64,000 bases of DNA from Eledone cirrhosa (lineage: Eukaryota), in the NCBI GenBank assembly GCA_964016885.1, contig OZ024750.1, positions 20,646,001 through 20,710,000 on the forward strand. Reading direction: 5' to 3'. A program made the translations under genes and the position numbers. Under the pieces are notes generated by a model. The model was not told where the DNA came from, searched no databases, and saw nothing but the letters and a program-made list of their open reading frames with translations. Shown here piece by piece: positions 43,913-60,180 of this stretch. How positions within the stretch are numbered: position 1 is the first letter of the stretch; every line of letters starts with the position of its first letter.

Positions 43913-44823
43913 AATAATATGTACATCAAGAAGGAGCTCTTTGCCAATGCTGAGAAGAGCTAGCATAATTACCACAAAATTATATTGTATTTTCCACGCG
44001 TGTTGGGGATTCTTCTGAAATTGTATTAAGGGCACATTAATGTCTGCATGATTACAGCTTCGTTTGTTTTGTTTGTTGAAAAAACTCAAAACTCTCATTG
44101 CATTGCTGGAGATGTTGATGTGGTTGTATGCATGAGATTAAGTATGATTATACCCTATGTTTTGTAGCAAACATTTGAAAAATTCATCAGTCCTTCAATA
44201 TAAAGACTCAAGAACTCAACAATTTGAATATGATTATATAGACTTGCATTCCTAATATTCTGAAACATAACTAAATTATTGGATGCGGGTATTGTGTTTG
44301 CATTCTCATTTATACTTCAAATATTGCGCCCTTTCGGATTAGGTTCGATATGTTATGTCAAAGAGAAGTTTGAACGTATTTCATTATAAACGTTGATTGA
44401 GCTGAGTGATGTGTTCATTCTTTATTGATTTCAAGGAAGAGGGTTTCAGTCGTTCAATCAAAGGTACATCCTGCTCTTGAAATCAACAGACAGGTATCAT
44501 CAATGTTATGCTTCTGAAAAATTCAACGTAAGAGTATATTAGAAGGGAGGACCCTTGAAATAGATATCAAGCTCAAGTTTTCAGCTGAGTGGACAGAGAG
44601 AGGAAATCAGTGTAATGGGTTACTAAATTTATTGCGAAAATAAGCTATGTGTGTTCGATTTAGAGGCATTATGATGCCCGTTTTTTTCTTTTCTATGGGG
44701 TTACGCGCTCTTTTAGTATTAGACGAATTTCTCTAGTTAAAACATACGGCGGAGTTTGTAATCCAATTCAATTTTTAGATCCTACCACTGCTTTCTAATC
44801 AGGTGATGTCTACACACACACAC

Positions 44824-44928
<105 letters not shown>

Positions 44929-47900
44929 TCACACACACAGAGAGAGGCAGAGAGGGAGAATGAGAGAGAGTGCATATACAAGCAGAATACACTGTATAGT
45001 GATGTCGATAACTTCGTCACTGTATACATCAGCCAAGATAATAAATCAGAAATTTATATTTTAAAAAATAATCAGAAGAAGCCAAAACATAAAGACAAAC
45101 TCATAAAAGAGACGGAAAGTAAAAAGTATAAGATATTATAAATGTTGTGGTGGATTAAAGAACGCGCATCCATAAAAACGAAATCATGAATGACAGCAGA
45201 AAGTATTTTCTTAAATTTATTTGCTTTTTTCTAATTTTATTAAATCAACACAATAAATATTTCACAACTCAAAATATTCTAATATATTTATAAACTATGT
45301 AAATCACATATACTATATAACAGCTTGTATAATTCCAGATGGAATAAAATATAATATATAGAAAAAAATAAAGGAAGAAAATATAGAGAATAAAAAAATA
45401 ACTGAATAAATAAATAGTTAAATAAATAAATATATGAATATGTGCAGAAAAGAGATTAATGAAGGCAGACAGAAATTATCACCATTAACAGAAACACTAT
45501 ATTAGCATAACCAAATAAACGAATGCGTCGATGATATACTACATTGACATAGGATAAATACAGAATAAAGACTATATCAGATATATAGAATATAAAGTAA
45601 ATATTAGAAGACGGATCTGACGAATGGAAGATAAATGATGGTTTCTAATTTTGGCGTGAGGCCAGCAATTTTGTGGGGAGCGGACAATTGCTCATATCGA
45701 CCTTATTCCTTTCCTAGCATTTGATATTATTGACCTCAACCGAATTTGAAATCATTACGTAAAGACACGGAACAAATTTTTCCAAAACCTTTTATTCGAC
45801 TCCTTAACGCATCAGCTAATGAACCGGTCTATTCGAATATAATGGATGGAGAATACAGTACGGAAAATATTTACTGGAAAATCGAAAATGTGTTGTGTAG
45901 GTTATTTAGTTAGAAAGAAAAACTTATATAGTAGACCATTGATAATGATTAATTGAAAGAATGATTTGGAAGGAAAACCTTAAATAATCAGATCTTTGAA
46001 AGATACGAAACTAAAAAAATGGATTATATAGAATTATTACACATCATGAACATGGCACAAGGGAACTGGAAGAAATACGACAAATTATGTTGACTGATTC
46101 TCTAACGTCTCTAGAAAATCTAATACAATTTTACTGAAAATTAGGAGTATATTTTGGAGGATATTAGAGTAGAAAAATATAGATATAGTTGCACGTCAAT
46201 ACTCATATTTTTTGCATTTATTAGAGGGTTCTAAACTATCAGGCTAAAATTTATTTAGTGAAAGCTTCTATTTCTAATTATAAATATAGATATAAATCTT
46301 ACACTCCAGAATGAGAAATTGCACAAGTAAGGTGGGATAAATACAAGATGTTTTCACGGTGCTCTAACGAGTCTGCATATTTTCAAAATGAAAAGTTTAT
46401 TGGAAAATAGAAATATATTGGGGATAAGCTACTCGATTGGAAAGGTACTAGAAATATAGCCTAAACTTGAAAATGCGAAATGGGTGTGGTCACAATGTTT
46501 GTGTATGGTGTAACAAATCTACCAATTCACATGAAAAAAAACTTCAACTGAAAATAGAATCACATTCGGAAAGATGCTACATTTAAAATTTAAAATTACA
46601 GCACAAACACATGGGATAATACAGATAAAGGAGGCTGTAACTCTGAGTATTGTCGCAAGAACCCCTTCCTTACATGTGCGTCTAGGGCATTTTAAATGGG
46701 AAAACCGCCGATTTTATCGAGAAAGAGAAAGTAAAGCAGATATAAAGTGAGAGAGATAGAAGAATCGACCCCAATACAGAAGTGGAAATATATTTACTGA
46801 CCTCGAAACCATAAATGTCAAAGATGACATAGATGGTACCTAAATTTAGAAAGAAGTGCCAGAATATATAGCTAAGCATTTTTAACCCGGTGTCGTAGGG
46901 ACCCAGTCAATTTGCAATATTAAAATATGAGATACTTCAGAATATTTTGATTGAAATAGTCAATGTTATATGAATATTTTCATAAATATTTTCATGAATA
47001 TTTTCATGGAGAATTTTTCGAAATATTACAAAGTAAGTAGAAGCAGCATGAACGAATGTTTAAGAGGCCATTCTCGAATCTTCGCAACCTGAGCAATGAT
47101 ATGTAACATAGCATTGGTTCCCCACTTATTTTGTGAGTGGAATTGAGTAGACTGAATCTCTAAGCCCGTCAAATAGACAAACTCTACTTTGAAGAGTCAG
47201 GCTTGTGATACACAGTGTTAAGCTGAATCTATTTGCGAATATCGTTAAGGGTGCACATCTCTGCGACTGTTAAATGTATAATATAATAAATCAATATAAT
47301 CATTATCACGAGAGATGTTTGTGGATTTATGGATTCATTAGAACATTTATTCATATATTTTGGCACTAAAACGTTGATTTCTTAGCTTGTGGGGAATTAC
47401 ATTTAATTTGACCAAATTATGAAAATAATTAGCAATATGTTTACAATTTGACATCTACCTCCCGAGCTACCTTAGAGTATAATATAGATTATTATCGTTG
47501 AAGAATCTAATCTCATCCAAACTAATTTGTTTATACATGGTTCAAGTTCATTTTTAAAGAATTCTTTACGAATAAGCTAAAACATTAAAACCATGGATGT
47601 GGTTTTGCGCCCCTAACGTTCGGAGTTCAAATTACGTAAATACAAAATGCAGCCATTAGCATCGCAAGGTGATAAAGAGTCAACCAAATGCTGAACATGA
47701 ATTTAATATACTACCACATACTTTAAATCATCTCAGGCCTTGTGCCAGAATCAAAAACCATTACTATTGCAAAAATAGTTTCCAAAGCCAGAATACAGTC
47801 TTTATTTAGTCATTATTCGATTTTGATGCTTTTATTGACCAATAAAATCAAAATTTATTTCAATCTGAAGATAAATTAGAAATAAATTTGTCAAAAAATA

Positions 47901-48526
47901 AATCGTTAAATGAATATAGTATGGATAAAATTAGATTCTTCAATGGTAATATTCTGTATTAAGTAAGGTCGTTGGTGGGGGGAAAATTTAAATTATACAA
48001 ACCATATTGCTAAATATTTTCATAATTTTGGTCACGTTAAATGCTTAACATTATAATAGGAATAGCATATGACGCTAACCAATATTTTTTGTACATTGTA
48101 TACCAAAATAAAAACTGCTAGAATGTTGTCAGTATTTATAGTTCAACGTTTAATAAACTTGTACTATCATTAGGACTACAAAGCAATCTCTTAAGCCGCA
48201 GACCTCAACGAAACGCAATACTGAATCTGATTTGTATAATAAAGTTAATGATAATTTCTTACGACTAAATAAATAAATCACTAAACATCTTTACCGCATA
48301 GCAGCATATTGAGTGCATCTAAAGAGATAGATAATGTACTATGGAGGTACAATGAATCACGGGATTTGGAGCGAGTTATTGTGTAGAGTGTAGTGGAAAA
48401 TGCTCGCTTACTGTGGACGTATTGAATCTTCCTGCGTTAAGAGTACAGTTATTTGCGGCATGCTTGAAAGCTGCAACGGATTTCACAAGCAAATGGAACA
48501 CCCGTCGTCGGAAACAAAGCTAGGGC

Positions 48527-48560
<34 letters not shown>

Positions 48561-48561
48561 T

Positions 48562-48632
<71 letters not shown>

Positions 48633-48635
<3 letters not shown>

Positions 48636-48714
48636 TGACCCCGACGGCAGAGCTCAGTGTTGAGTACTCTGGTGCGTTATGGTCCATCTGGTTCTTTACC
48701 ACAACTCCTTCGTT
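48633..48714. mobile_element. Family D fragment (tail on the right)
   Basis: Reverse complement of the family D tail joined to an inverted 20-nt piece. Confidence 0.7.
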
Positions 48715-48831
48715 ATATATATATATATATATATATAATACATGCACATAGAATTACCTTGAGAGAAATTACCAGTGATAATATTTGTCCTATATGTACA
48801 TACAATGATGTGGTGTGTGTGTGGGGGTGGG

Positions 48832-48933
<102 letters not shown>

Positions 48934-49125
48934 GTGTGTGTGTGTGTGTGACTGTTTACTTGCATGCATGTATATGCATATATGCACATGCATATATATA
49001 ATAAAGAAAACGAAGACAATTGCTAAACTAAAATGTAATATTATATCATGAATCCAATTATACACACACACACACGGTCACAGACACATACACACGTTTA
49101 CACACATACAAACATACATACATAA

Positions 49126-49158
<33 letters not shown>

Positions 49159-49160
<2 letters not shown>

Positions 49161-49780
49161 ACCTCGAGGAAGTCGATCACTTCACCTATCTGGGCAGCAT
49201 CCTGACAGGCAGTGGCGATGCGGAGCTCGACATCAACTGTCGGATCAACAAAGGCGCCGCAGTTTTCCAGCGGCTGTGCCCAGTCTGGTTGTCTTCATGC
49301 ATATGCACCAAAACCAAGCTCCGCCTGTACAAGACAATCGTACTGCCGACAGAGCTTTAAGCGAGACCTGGAAGAATGCGGCAAAAAAAGAGAGACGGCT
49401 GAACGGTTTCCACCAGCGGTGCCTGCGAAAGATATTTCGTGTGTCCTGGCGCCACCGACGGCAAAACGGGGAGATCCTGCTGAGGGCCGAATCGTGGAAG
49501 CTACAGAGCGTGGTCAATGAGCGTTGGTGCCGTCTGGCTAGCCATATTCTGCGTCTGTCAATGGAACGACATTCGAAATCACCGCTGAACTGGACTCCTC
49601 CTGGCGGTACTGGAGGCGGGGTTGCCCAAGGATCAACTGTTGACGAACCTGATGCGGAAGGACCTGATGGCAGCCAACATCACCTGGCACGGTCTCGAAA
49701 AAGTTGCCGCTGATCGTGACCGTTGGTGAGTACCTATTGCTTGTTGCGCCGAACGGCGCGGAAGAATCTAAGACTAAGAT
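49159..49780 (+). mobile_element. 5'-truncated RTE-clade LINE fragment (RT C-terminus and 3' end)
   Basis: LEEVDHFTYLGS...INCRINK...TKLRLYKTIVLPT / SETWK...FHQRCLRKIFRVSW...HILR...LNW..DRDRW; ends in (CTAAGA)2; (TA)n on both sides. Confidence 0.85.
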
Positions 49781-49800
49781 ATATATATATATATATATAT

Positions 49801-50152
49801 AGATAATTTAATATATCAACTAACATAGGCGCACAGATGCACGTCCATGCCAGCAAATACACAGGTTATGTCATAGTACCTGGAAGCAGTGAGAATTTCA
49901 GTACATAGAATCCAGTCCTCGCCTAGCTGTTCTTTCTACCGAATTATTATTTTTATATGAACCGCCAGTGTCCGCGCATTGCCTGGAGGCTCAGCTGAGA
50001 ATAGACTCCCTGATGACGCAATGAATTCTCGACAGTTGGATTATGTAACTGTCTTTATCCCATTGCAGAAACTAATTAGTTGGAGTGAAAATTTAAGTAA
50101 GTAAGTAAAAAAAATTTTAAAAATTTTTTAAAAAATATTTTCTTATTTTACG

Positions 50153-50158
<6 letters not shown>
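49801..50158. mobile_element. Family E relative (tail plus one inverted arm)
   Basis: Start resembles 26096-26175; end resembles 26467-26540. Confidence 0.7.
50005..50086 (+). ncRNA. Type I hammerhead ribozyme (family E relative)
   Basis: ACTCC-CTGATGA-cGCAATG...CATTGCa-GAAA-CTAATTAG-TT-GGAGT. Confidence 0.85.
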
Positions 50159-50217
<59 letters not shown>

Positions 50218-50586
50218 AATAAACTGGTCCTTCGTCAGTGATCTTCCAACCATCACAGGTATTACTACGCTTTAAAGACCATATACCTCCGGTTGGTGCG
50301 AGCAACGGCTAACAAAAGTCGTTGGGACACTTAAATAAAGGGGACACGAGAGTGTAAACAAACAAAGATGGCGAAGCAACGAAAAGTGAGCAAGAACGAG
50401 TCAAGTCCCAAATTTCCATGAATATAGGTTCGGTGAAATCGTGAACGAGAGAGAATAAAGACCATCAAACCTGGTTGGAATGTGAGCTAGGATGGAATTC
50501 CGTACAGGTCTAACGGGAGGAAGAAGGAATCTAGTCTGTGAATTCGGTGAACATAAGTTCTGTGAAATCGTAGACATGTGTGTGTA

Positions 50587-50625
<39 letters not shown>

Positions 50626-50648
50626 CTGTGTGTGTGTGTATATATATA

Positions 50649-50693
<45 letters not shown>

Positions 50694-50707
50694 TATATAT
50701 ATATATG

Positions 50708-50755
<48 letters not shown>

Positions 50756-50851
50756 CATATATATATATATATGTGCGTGTGTATATATATATACATATGT
50801 ATATATATAAATATACACATATATATATATATTTATATATATGTATATATT

Positions 50852-50886
<35 letters not shown>

Positions 50887-50902
50887 ATACATATGTATAT
50901 AC

Positions 50903-50956
<54 letters not shown>

Positions 50957-50969
50957 TTATATATATATA

Positions 50970-51032
<63 letters not shown>

Positions 51033-51661
51033 ATATATATGTTTGTGTGTGCTTGTTTTCGTCTAATTGGATTTATGTTTTTTAAACTATTATTTTCAAT
51101 TCACAAATTGTCTTCTTTTTTCCATTTATTTATTACGTCTTCATTCCTCCTACATGTTCAATAATTGCTACTCTACTACCACTGATACTTTACCTTCACC
51201 AGATTATTATCTGTATTCATATTAATATCCCTCCTATTGTGATTCTTGAATTTGAAGATATTTTCACGATTTTATTACTTCTATATTTTTATTTGTATAT
51301 TTTATTGCAGTCACCATGTTAAAATGTCACGTAATCACTGAAGAAGTGATATTCTCTATGAATGAAAGGCGTATAAAATTTAGGTTGAATATTATATTCT
51401 CTTGTTTATTCAATTCAATTCAAAAGTCGCTAACACCAGAAAGCTGGCTTCATCCTGTGATATCCTTGTTTGGTGTGTATTTTTTTATTATTATATTTTT
51501 ATATTTTGTAATATTTCAAAGAAAATGCTTGAATCTGTAAGTTCCAATCCGCTTCCATATCTGTCATGTTGTATTATTTACACAAGCATGAATTTGTCAT
51601 TTGCAAAAGAATATTTCTCAATAAAAATAAATGAACATAGGAAAGAAAGTATTCACATGTG

Positions 51662-51776
<115 letters not shown>

Positions 51777-51822
51777 TGTGTGTGTATATATATATATATA
51801 TATATGCATGTATATATATGTG

Positions 51823-51875
<53 letters not shown>

Positions 51876-51924
51876 GTATATATATATACACACATATATA
51901 TATATATATATATACATGCATATA

Positions 51925-51980
<56 letters not shown>

Positions 51981-52024
51981 TATATCTATATTTATATAGA
52001 TATATATATGTATGTATATATATG

Positions 52025-52062
<38 letters not shown>

Positions 52063-52540
52063 AGTATGTGTATTTTCACTGAGAGAGAGGTTGAGTTTTG
52101 GTTTTGTCTTAGTGTTTTTTACATTTTCTACAACCTATATTTGAAATATGTATTCTCTAGACAAAATGTCTGATGTGAAAATCTCGAAATCTAAATATGC
52201 TGCTTTGTAGTACATTCACGTGAAGGATATTCTTGCAGTTTTTTCAAGCGCTTCTCAGACATTTTTGAAAATTATTAACACTCCTGTAACACTGAATCAT
52301 TCGTATTTGATATTCCATGTACAATTCTTCCTCTTCGTAACACAGTACTGTACTTCTATTGCTCCCTACTTCAGCAAGGAGTCATTAGGGCGTCAGATTA
52401 CATAGACATCTATATATTTCTATAGTCTCACTGCGCTCTGAGTTCAAATCCCGCTGAGCTTGATAAATATATTACTAATCTTTGACAGGACCCCACTCAT
52501 CATATCTCACTCAATCGACCCTCTCTCTCTATCTCTCTCC

Positions 52541-52594
<54 letters not shown>

Positions 52595-55035
52595 CTCTTT
52601 CTCTCTATATCTGTATCCCTCTGTCTTGTTCTCTCTTTTTCCCTGGAAGAAATCGACTGTGTTCCGAGCTGGATTCATCTGTATTCCTCTTGATACGAAA
52701 TCCCTGAGACACCACATCTGTCAGAACGGCCCCGCTATAAATAAACACTATCAGCAGCTATGAACCATTTAAATTTAGTTTCATTTGCGTTAGCTGTCAT
52801 ACTTTATGCCTATTTCCAACATTTTGTTCTTAATGTAGATCTAGCGTTATTATGCATGTTATAATCCATACTGTTTTGTTACGTCAGATGATTCAAGCAG
52901 TCAATTCTTTTTCTTGGGTTAGTGGACAGTGTTTCTTTTGCAACTAATCATCTGTGCGTTTATATCTTTTTGTTTATCATCATATGTTTCTGTTCTGATT
53001 GTGTGATTTAGATGTTTGTAGAATATTTGTAAGTTGTGTTATTCCTCCCTCCACGTTTGAATGAGAGGAACATATCACATGCATAGAATTAGAATATGTA
53101 TGTATGTATCAATACATACATACATGCATTGATACATACATACATGCATTGATACATACATACATATATACATAGAGGCAGACAGACAGAGAGATAGACA
53201 TGCAGGCGACAAATTTGAGACCACGTATCACAACAGGCTGTACCTCGCCTGCTATATCTCACAGTCATGCTACCCACCTACATCAAAATACCGCAAATGA
53301 TAAAACGTCTACAATTAGCTGGGAAAGTGAAGATTATAAACAATTAAATGATATCCTTGGCAAAACGTTCTATAAAACTTTCTTTTGGATATGATGATCT
53401 AATTAGGTCTAGACCATTAGATTTGTACTTGTGCTCATTGGCTTTCTGTGACATGTTATTAACTGCCCAGTACAAATCTTGATAAGCTGGGTTTCACGGT
53501 AAAAGAAAGGGCATGGCAACTTAGGAACGTCCAAGTTTGCTAATACGTTTGGAAACTACAACATGATTTCTAATCTCCTCTTCGACGTCATTAAAGCAAA
53601 TTCATTATATTTTGTTCAGGTCTTTTATTGACATCTTATAGTGAAACATTCATCCTGGTAATGCCGTAGAAATAAAATCCCAGGATAACAGTCAGCAATG
53701 TTGGCCCCAAAAAAACTTTATAAACCGGATATAAATTTCCACTTTTTTAAATAAAGCAGCTTAAATTTATTAAGATTATCTGTGATAATTATGACAGAAG
53801 GAACAGGACATAAAACTGTTAATCATAATTAAATATTTTGTGTCCCTTTTCCTGTAATATTTTCCACTAGAATCAGCCGTTCAATGAACTCTAGAAATCT
53901 TCGGCAACTGCATCGACAATCTCTCACATCGAACATATAGCCTTGTTATGTAGTACGGATTCTGTCACGAGACACAGCAAGTTGTATGGAAAGGACCTTC
54001 ATCGGTTTCAGAGATGGGTGTTCTAGTTTTTGGAAGAAGAGAAAAGGAAACACATAATATTGCCGTGCATTGACTATACATGAGTATTGAAGAGGTAGAG
54101 TAAACACGTTTTGAAAATGTTATTGTTGTTGTTTAATAAAATCTACAGTACATTTCATATCCATCTAAACAGTTTTCTTCTAAATAATTTCACTCAAAGG
54201 CAACCTGAAGCTATGTTAACTGATGCTAACTCAACTCATTGGAGTCGAATCCAAGACGTAATGGTTACGAAACAACTTGCTAACCATTCAGTTATGTTAT
54301 GTCCAATAGTATGTACTTGTAACATTCCAAATACAACAACATGTATGTTAATATCAGACGTTAAAATATCATTTCATCTCGCAAGAGACGGATTAAGGAA
54401 AGAGGTAAAGTTTATCCTTCATCAAATGAATTCGGTACAATTTCCCATTGGTAAATAACAAAATTCAACGGCGACCTTCAACTTGATAAATACCAACTTC
54501 CGTTTCCGGCCGAGTCCGTCTTATCTCATACCTTCAAAGCGACAACGGAAATATTTACGTCATGTTCCGATAAGCTGAAAGTGTGGCGTTGTAAACTGTT
54601 ACGCATTATGAATCTCCTACCTCTCTCTCTCTCTACCCTCTCTCTCTCCCCCTCTCTCTCTCTCCCCCTCTCTCTCTCCCTCTCTCTCTTTCACACACCC
54701 ACACACACTCTTTTCTCTCTCGCTATATATATATATATATATATACCCCTCTCCCTCTCTTCCTGCTCTTCTTTTTATGTATCCCATAATATACTTTCTT
54801 TCTCATTCTACTAACTTAGAGCATACACACTCACACACACATACACATATACACACACACATACACACACACATATACGCACGCACACACCCCTCCTATC
54901 TCTCTCTCTCTTTCTCTCTTTCATTCTTTCTCTCATGTTTATCTGATTGAATCACAAAGTAATCGTTTTCTCTCTCCCAGTTTACCTTTTTCATTCTCTA
55001 TCTCTTCCCCTCTCTCTATATATATCACTCTCCCT

Positions 55036-55066
<31 letters not shown>

Positions 55067-55090
55067 ACTGTCCCCCTCTCTCTCTCTCTC

Positions 55091-55181
<91 letters not shown>

Positions 55182-55764
55182 CTCCCACCGCAACACAGTT
55201 CTGAACCTCTTTCATGAATAATCTCCATTACACACCATCTTCAAACAAACATAAGGAAGTTGTCTTTTCCCTATAGCAGAAAGTTTTACGATTTGTCTAC
55301 TGTCTACACTTCTCTTATATAATCTACCTTATTACTGTTTCTTACATTTAGCAGACGAGATATTTCCATTTTCGCACCATTCCTTATCCGCCTCCATATG
55401 CAATCCTAAGAGGATAATGCATCTAAGAATATATGTTGCATGGATTTCACGGAGACGTACACACACATGCACACGAAGACACGTACATACATACATACAT
55501 ATATGTATGTGTGTGTGTGTAACTATGTGTGTGTGTATGTATCCAAATATATCAGGATGTTCTGCTTTAGACCTTTCATCCTTTGATAAGTAGATCATAC
55601 ATCCAATTCGCTTCAGTCTCTCAAGAAAACAGCGAGGTTTACTGTACAATCATTTTATTAAATTAATACGAAATCAATATAACTAACAAGGCTGTATCGA
55701 TATACCGAATTCAAATTTCTCATTGCCACTAAAACATCGCACATAATATTATGTCACGTGTGTT

Positions 55765-55806
<42 letters not shown>

Positions 55807-55809
<3 letters not shown>

Positions 55810-56226
55810 GATTAAAGGTTAAACAAGGTTCAATGAATAAATCAATGAATAAAGTTTCACGATAGATTAGAAGCACTCCACAGTGAGGATTTCTGGAGTT
55901 ATTAATATTACTTCAAAATATTAATAAATATAGACATTCATGTGATCAAATATATTTTATTATACATATTTCAGAGGTACTGAGCTATTTCAAGAGTACG
56001 TCCTCATCAGATAAAATAAGTTGATGCTTGACATACCTTGACTGTGTTGATGGTTACAATTCAGTCATGGCAGTGAATTGTAACCATCAACATCGTCAAG
56101 GTATGTCAAGCATCAACTTATTTTATCTGATGAGGACGTACTGTTGAAATAGCTCAGTACCTCTGAAATATGTATAATAAAATATATTTGATCACATGAA
56201 TGTCTATATTTATTAATATTTTGAAG

Positions 56227-56232
<6 letters not shown>
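55807..56232. mobile_element. Fold-back element, family I
   Basis: Arms ~55901-56069 / ~56074-56232, ~95-nt left tail; relative at 62601-62839. Confidence 0.8.
56121..56182 (+). ncRNA. Type I hammerhead ribozyme (family I); mirror copy 55955-56016 (-)
   Basis: TTTTAT-CTGATGA-gGAcGTACT...AGTACcTCt-GAAA-TATGTA-TA-ATAAAA. Confidence 0.8.
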
Positions 56233-56266
<34 letters not shown>

Positions 56267-56315
56267 TATATATATATATATAAATATATACACACATATA
56301 TAAATATATACACAT

Positions 56316-56371
<56 letters not shown>

Positions 56372-56373
<2 letters not shown>

Positions 56374-56507
56374 CGGAAGAAATGTGGTAAGGAACCAGGT
56401 GGACCATAACGCACCAAAGTACTCAATACTTTGGGTAGTAGAGTGGGTAATAGGAACGAGTAGGACTCCGACGGCTGAGCTCAAGCCGTAAGGGTCCTAC
56501 TCGTTCC

Positions 56508-56510
<3 letters not shown>
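56372..56510. mobile_element. Short fold-back element, family D
   Basis: Nearly identical tail to 26904; folds back just after the stem III hairpin. Confidence 0.75.
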
Positions 56511-56560
<50 letters not shown>

Positions 56561-57029
56561 ATGTCTCTCTGATTGCGTGTCTATGTATGTATATGTCTGT
56601 AACTCATTAACGATCATACATTCACATGCACACAATGCATTGCACATCTCAGTCACGCTGCTATTGTAAGAATTTCGCCTTGCAGTCAAAGATCCTGGTT
56701 TCAAATCCTATGTTTCGCCCTCTAAATAATTATTCTCCTAAGTTATTCATAAATTTTAACTTGTATGTTATTTGTACCTATATGTTGACCAGTTTTGAAT
56801 TATACCCATGAAATAAGTTATTTAAACATAATTCACTTTGCCATCTTTATTTGCAGCAGGCGTCCACTTTTATTGAAATAAGCCTTTACTGAAATGCACA
56901 GTGATGCGTTTATAGTACATGTAAACGCAGTTCCTTTCGAAATATATCTATAACCACTTCTGTAATAACTACTTAATCTAGCAACACTTACTAACACATC
57001 TGTGATATGAACCAAAAGCAAAGAAAAAT

Positions 57030-57245
57030 AATGGTTTCTTATATAAGTACAATGCTAGCTATTTTTGGGAAGAGGAAAGTCGATTAAATCGACCCAATTC
57101 GTGACTGGTACTTTATTTTATCGGCCCCATAAGGAGGAAAGACAAAGTTAACCCCCACGGGATTTGAACTCTGATCATAAAAAGCCGTAATTCCTTGCTG
57201 CAAAGCATGGCTTCTGACCATCTACTGATACTGCCAATCCACCAC
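57030..57245 (-). mobile_element. tRNA-derived SINE (MetaSINE-like)
   Basis: Reverse-complement B-box GGATTTGAACTC and core CTGGTACTTTATTTTATCG.CCCC. Confidence 0.75.
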
Positions 57246-59323
57246 CCTAATAGCATAGGAAAATAATATGTGACCGAAGGAAATGTAACAATTATGATTA
57301 GGAATAATATTAATTTGACTTGTACTTTTGGAGATATTTTTCTTCTGCATGAATGCATGCAACGAATCGTAATACGTCACTCTAAGGCCACCATAGTTCC
57401 ATATTATGTATTGAAACGAGGAAAAGCCCATCCTTCTCTTGGTCTGAACACAGCCAATTATTTTCCATAAAATGAAAATGTGAGAGAGATAAAGGATGTG
57501 AGAAGCGGATTTAGAAGAAGAATCGGCCACAACATTAGGCTGATACTTAATTGCTATAGCTCGAGGGGATGAAAAGCAGGTCGAAGAGAGTGGGTGCCAA
57601 TGCAGCGATGCATTTTATCCAATGATATAACTACTAATTTTCCACCGGCGGTTTTAAATAGATGTTCGTCTTTTGGGATATAAAATAAAATGTTACTTTC
57701 TACTATGATTCCTACAAACACACACATACAAACTCACATCTAAACTCCAATATAGATATTTTGTTTCTATACATCTCTCTTGGTCCTGGTTGTGTTTCTG
57801 TACCTACTTACTTCTTTAGCAACACTAAACATTCAGAATCTGACTCTCGAACTTACAATGACCTTGTCTCTATTTCTCTTCTATATATATTTATCTCATG
57901 TAAGTTGTATTGATTTTAGTATTTTAATAGAATTCTTATATAAAGGAATAAGATACACATCTCTGGGCAGTTTAAAGTTTGGAAATATATCTTGGCTCAA
58001 TATATACCTCATTTATCTAAGATGTCTGCCGATTAAGAATAGATATTCACTGTTTATTTTGTCAGAATCATTGTTGCATACCCTTAAACAGAGTTAATCA
58101 ACTGGAGCATTAACTATGCAACATGGATTCGATAACCACTGTAGTAATATCGCTTAAGTCACAAAGTATATTTAACATGAATGCAACTAAACCACAAGTG
58201 TATGAGAATAGTTGCTTGAATACAAAACATATTTCAATTCTGTTTTGAAAATGTTAAACTAGAAAGCATGATATTCTGTAAAATGTTCATTATTCTGTTT
58301 GGTTGCTTGTTTTGCTTTTAGTTATTTATATCAGTGTGTCTTAGTTTTCATTGATATTGTATTTATTTATTATTATTATTTTGTTCGGTTTTTTTTTGGC
58401 TTTTTTCAAGTTGCTATACAAAACTCATCAGCCATATTTTGACATATTTGCCTTAGTCTGCCATTCGGTTGCTTTACTTGTCAATCGTTAATCATAATAG
58501 CACCACATGTTACACTTGGGAATCAACGATATAGAATCTTCAAACGGCAGAACGTCATTTTATCTAGTTTATATATTTGGTTTAGAGAATTATTAAAATT
58601 TGTTGGTGTCGTGTTTGTGATTTCTAAATGGCTCTTTGTCACGAGATTGCAACATCATTAGGCACCACCACGACGCTAACTGCTGTACATCATCAGAATA
58701 TTATTTCCACTAAAAACTTATTTCATATATTTACATTTTCTTTTGTGCTTTGTTCCTCTTCATGGTATTGACATTAAGATCGATTCCCTGGCCACCGAAT
58801 AAACAGCCGTTCTCATTCTCTATTCCGTCATCCGTTACCAGTGACGATTTATCTTGGTCTGTACTCTTAGGAGTAGGTGTTTACAAAATATGATATCATA
58901 GACGTTAGTATTTCAATCACACGATGTAACTAATGACAGCAGAGACTCGAAACTTCCATTAACACAGCAATCAGTTGCACTACAACATGAATACCTAACT
59001 AAAATGACAATTTCTCCATGGAATTACCAGTGCCAAAGTAAACCCGTTTGAAAGCTGTTCAATGTAAAGTAAATAGTAAATTCTGATAGCAGCAAACCTA
59101 TTCTATGTATTAGATGTTCAGCCCAAACTGTCAGTAATAAAGATTGGCATTGTTGAAAAGAGACCTTACGCGATTATGAAACATAATCGTAGGTGTGTGG
59201 ACATATTTTCCTATGATGTTATTCATACTTCAATCAATACTGCAATCATATATTTAATGATTTATCTATCTGACTATGGGTGTATTTTATTTGTATTTTT
59301 GTCAATACTTATATAATTCCATC

Positions 59324-59411
<88 letters not shown>

Positions 59412-59500
59412 CATAGATAGATATATGTGTGTGTCTGTGTGTGTGTGTGTGCGCGTGTATAAAATATCGTTATTTGGTAATATAATTGAAAAAAATACAT

Positions 59501-59539
<39 letters not shown>

Positions 59540-59910
59540 TGTGCGTGTGTGCAGTGTTGTGTATGTGTGTGAGATGGAGTAAACATTTCAATAAATGTCC
59601 AAGAATAATCGAATATATATTATTACATTTATATATTAACTATGAATATGTAACTACAAGTTGTATGATCGAACAATTAATAATTTTAGTATTTCTAAAG
59701 AACGTAATAGCGCCTTACACAAGGATAAGGACAGATATAGTAGTAGAAACATATAACCTATATATATTACAATAAGAGTGTTGTGTTCAAGAATCTAATG
59801 CCGTAATTTCGACTCATGAACAGGGTAGTACGTAAGGTAGATCAGCAAAGTATATCACTTCACATTACCCCAGTACATTCAATTGAAAATGCTTACCACC
59901 ACAAGCAATA

Positions 59911-59958
<48 letters not shown>

Positions 59959-60111
59959 AATCAAAGGATTCAGTTAGGAACTCAAAATAGTCTCTTACAA
60001 CAAAATAGCTCTAAGGGTGAAAAGAATACTGACTATAGACAATAGGGTTTGCTTGTCTCAATTTAAGAAAAAAAATCAAGTAAATAAATACAAAGCGGAA
60101 TTCTGGTAACT

Positions 60112-60180
60112 ACACAGACGATTTGTTGTTTCGCAATGTTAATTGTGAATAGGATTACCAATTCAAGCTCATCAGTGGGT
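60112..60180 (-). ncRNA. Hammerhead ribozyme, slightly decayed, in (TA)n-flanked element 59957-60326
   Basis: ACCCA-CTGATGA-GC...GC-GAAA-CaAcaaaTcG-TC-TGTGT; single mismatches in stems I and III. Confidence 0.6.

Noticed and set aside
50215-50245. Hammerhead half (CTGACGA on the minus strand)
   Set aside because: Runs into (TA)n with no GAAA half; cannot be supported.
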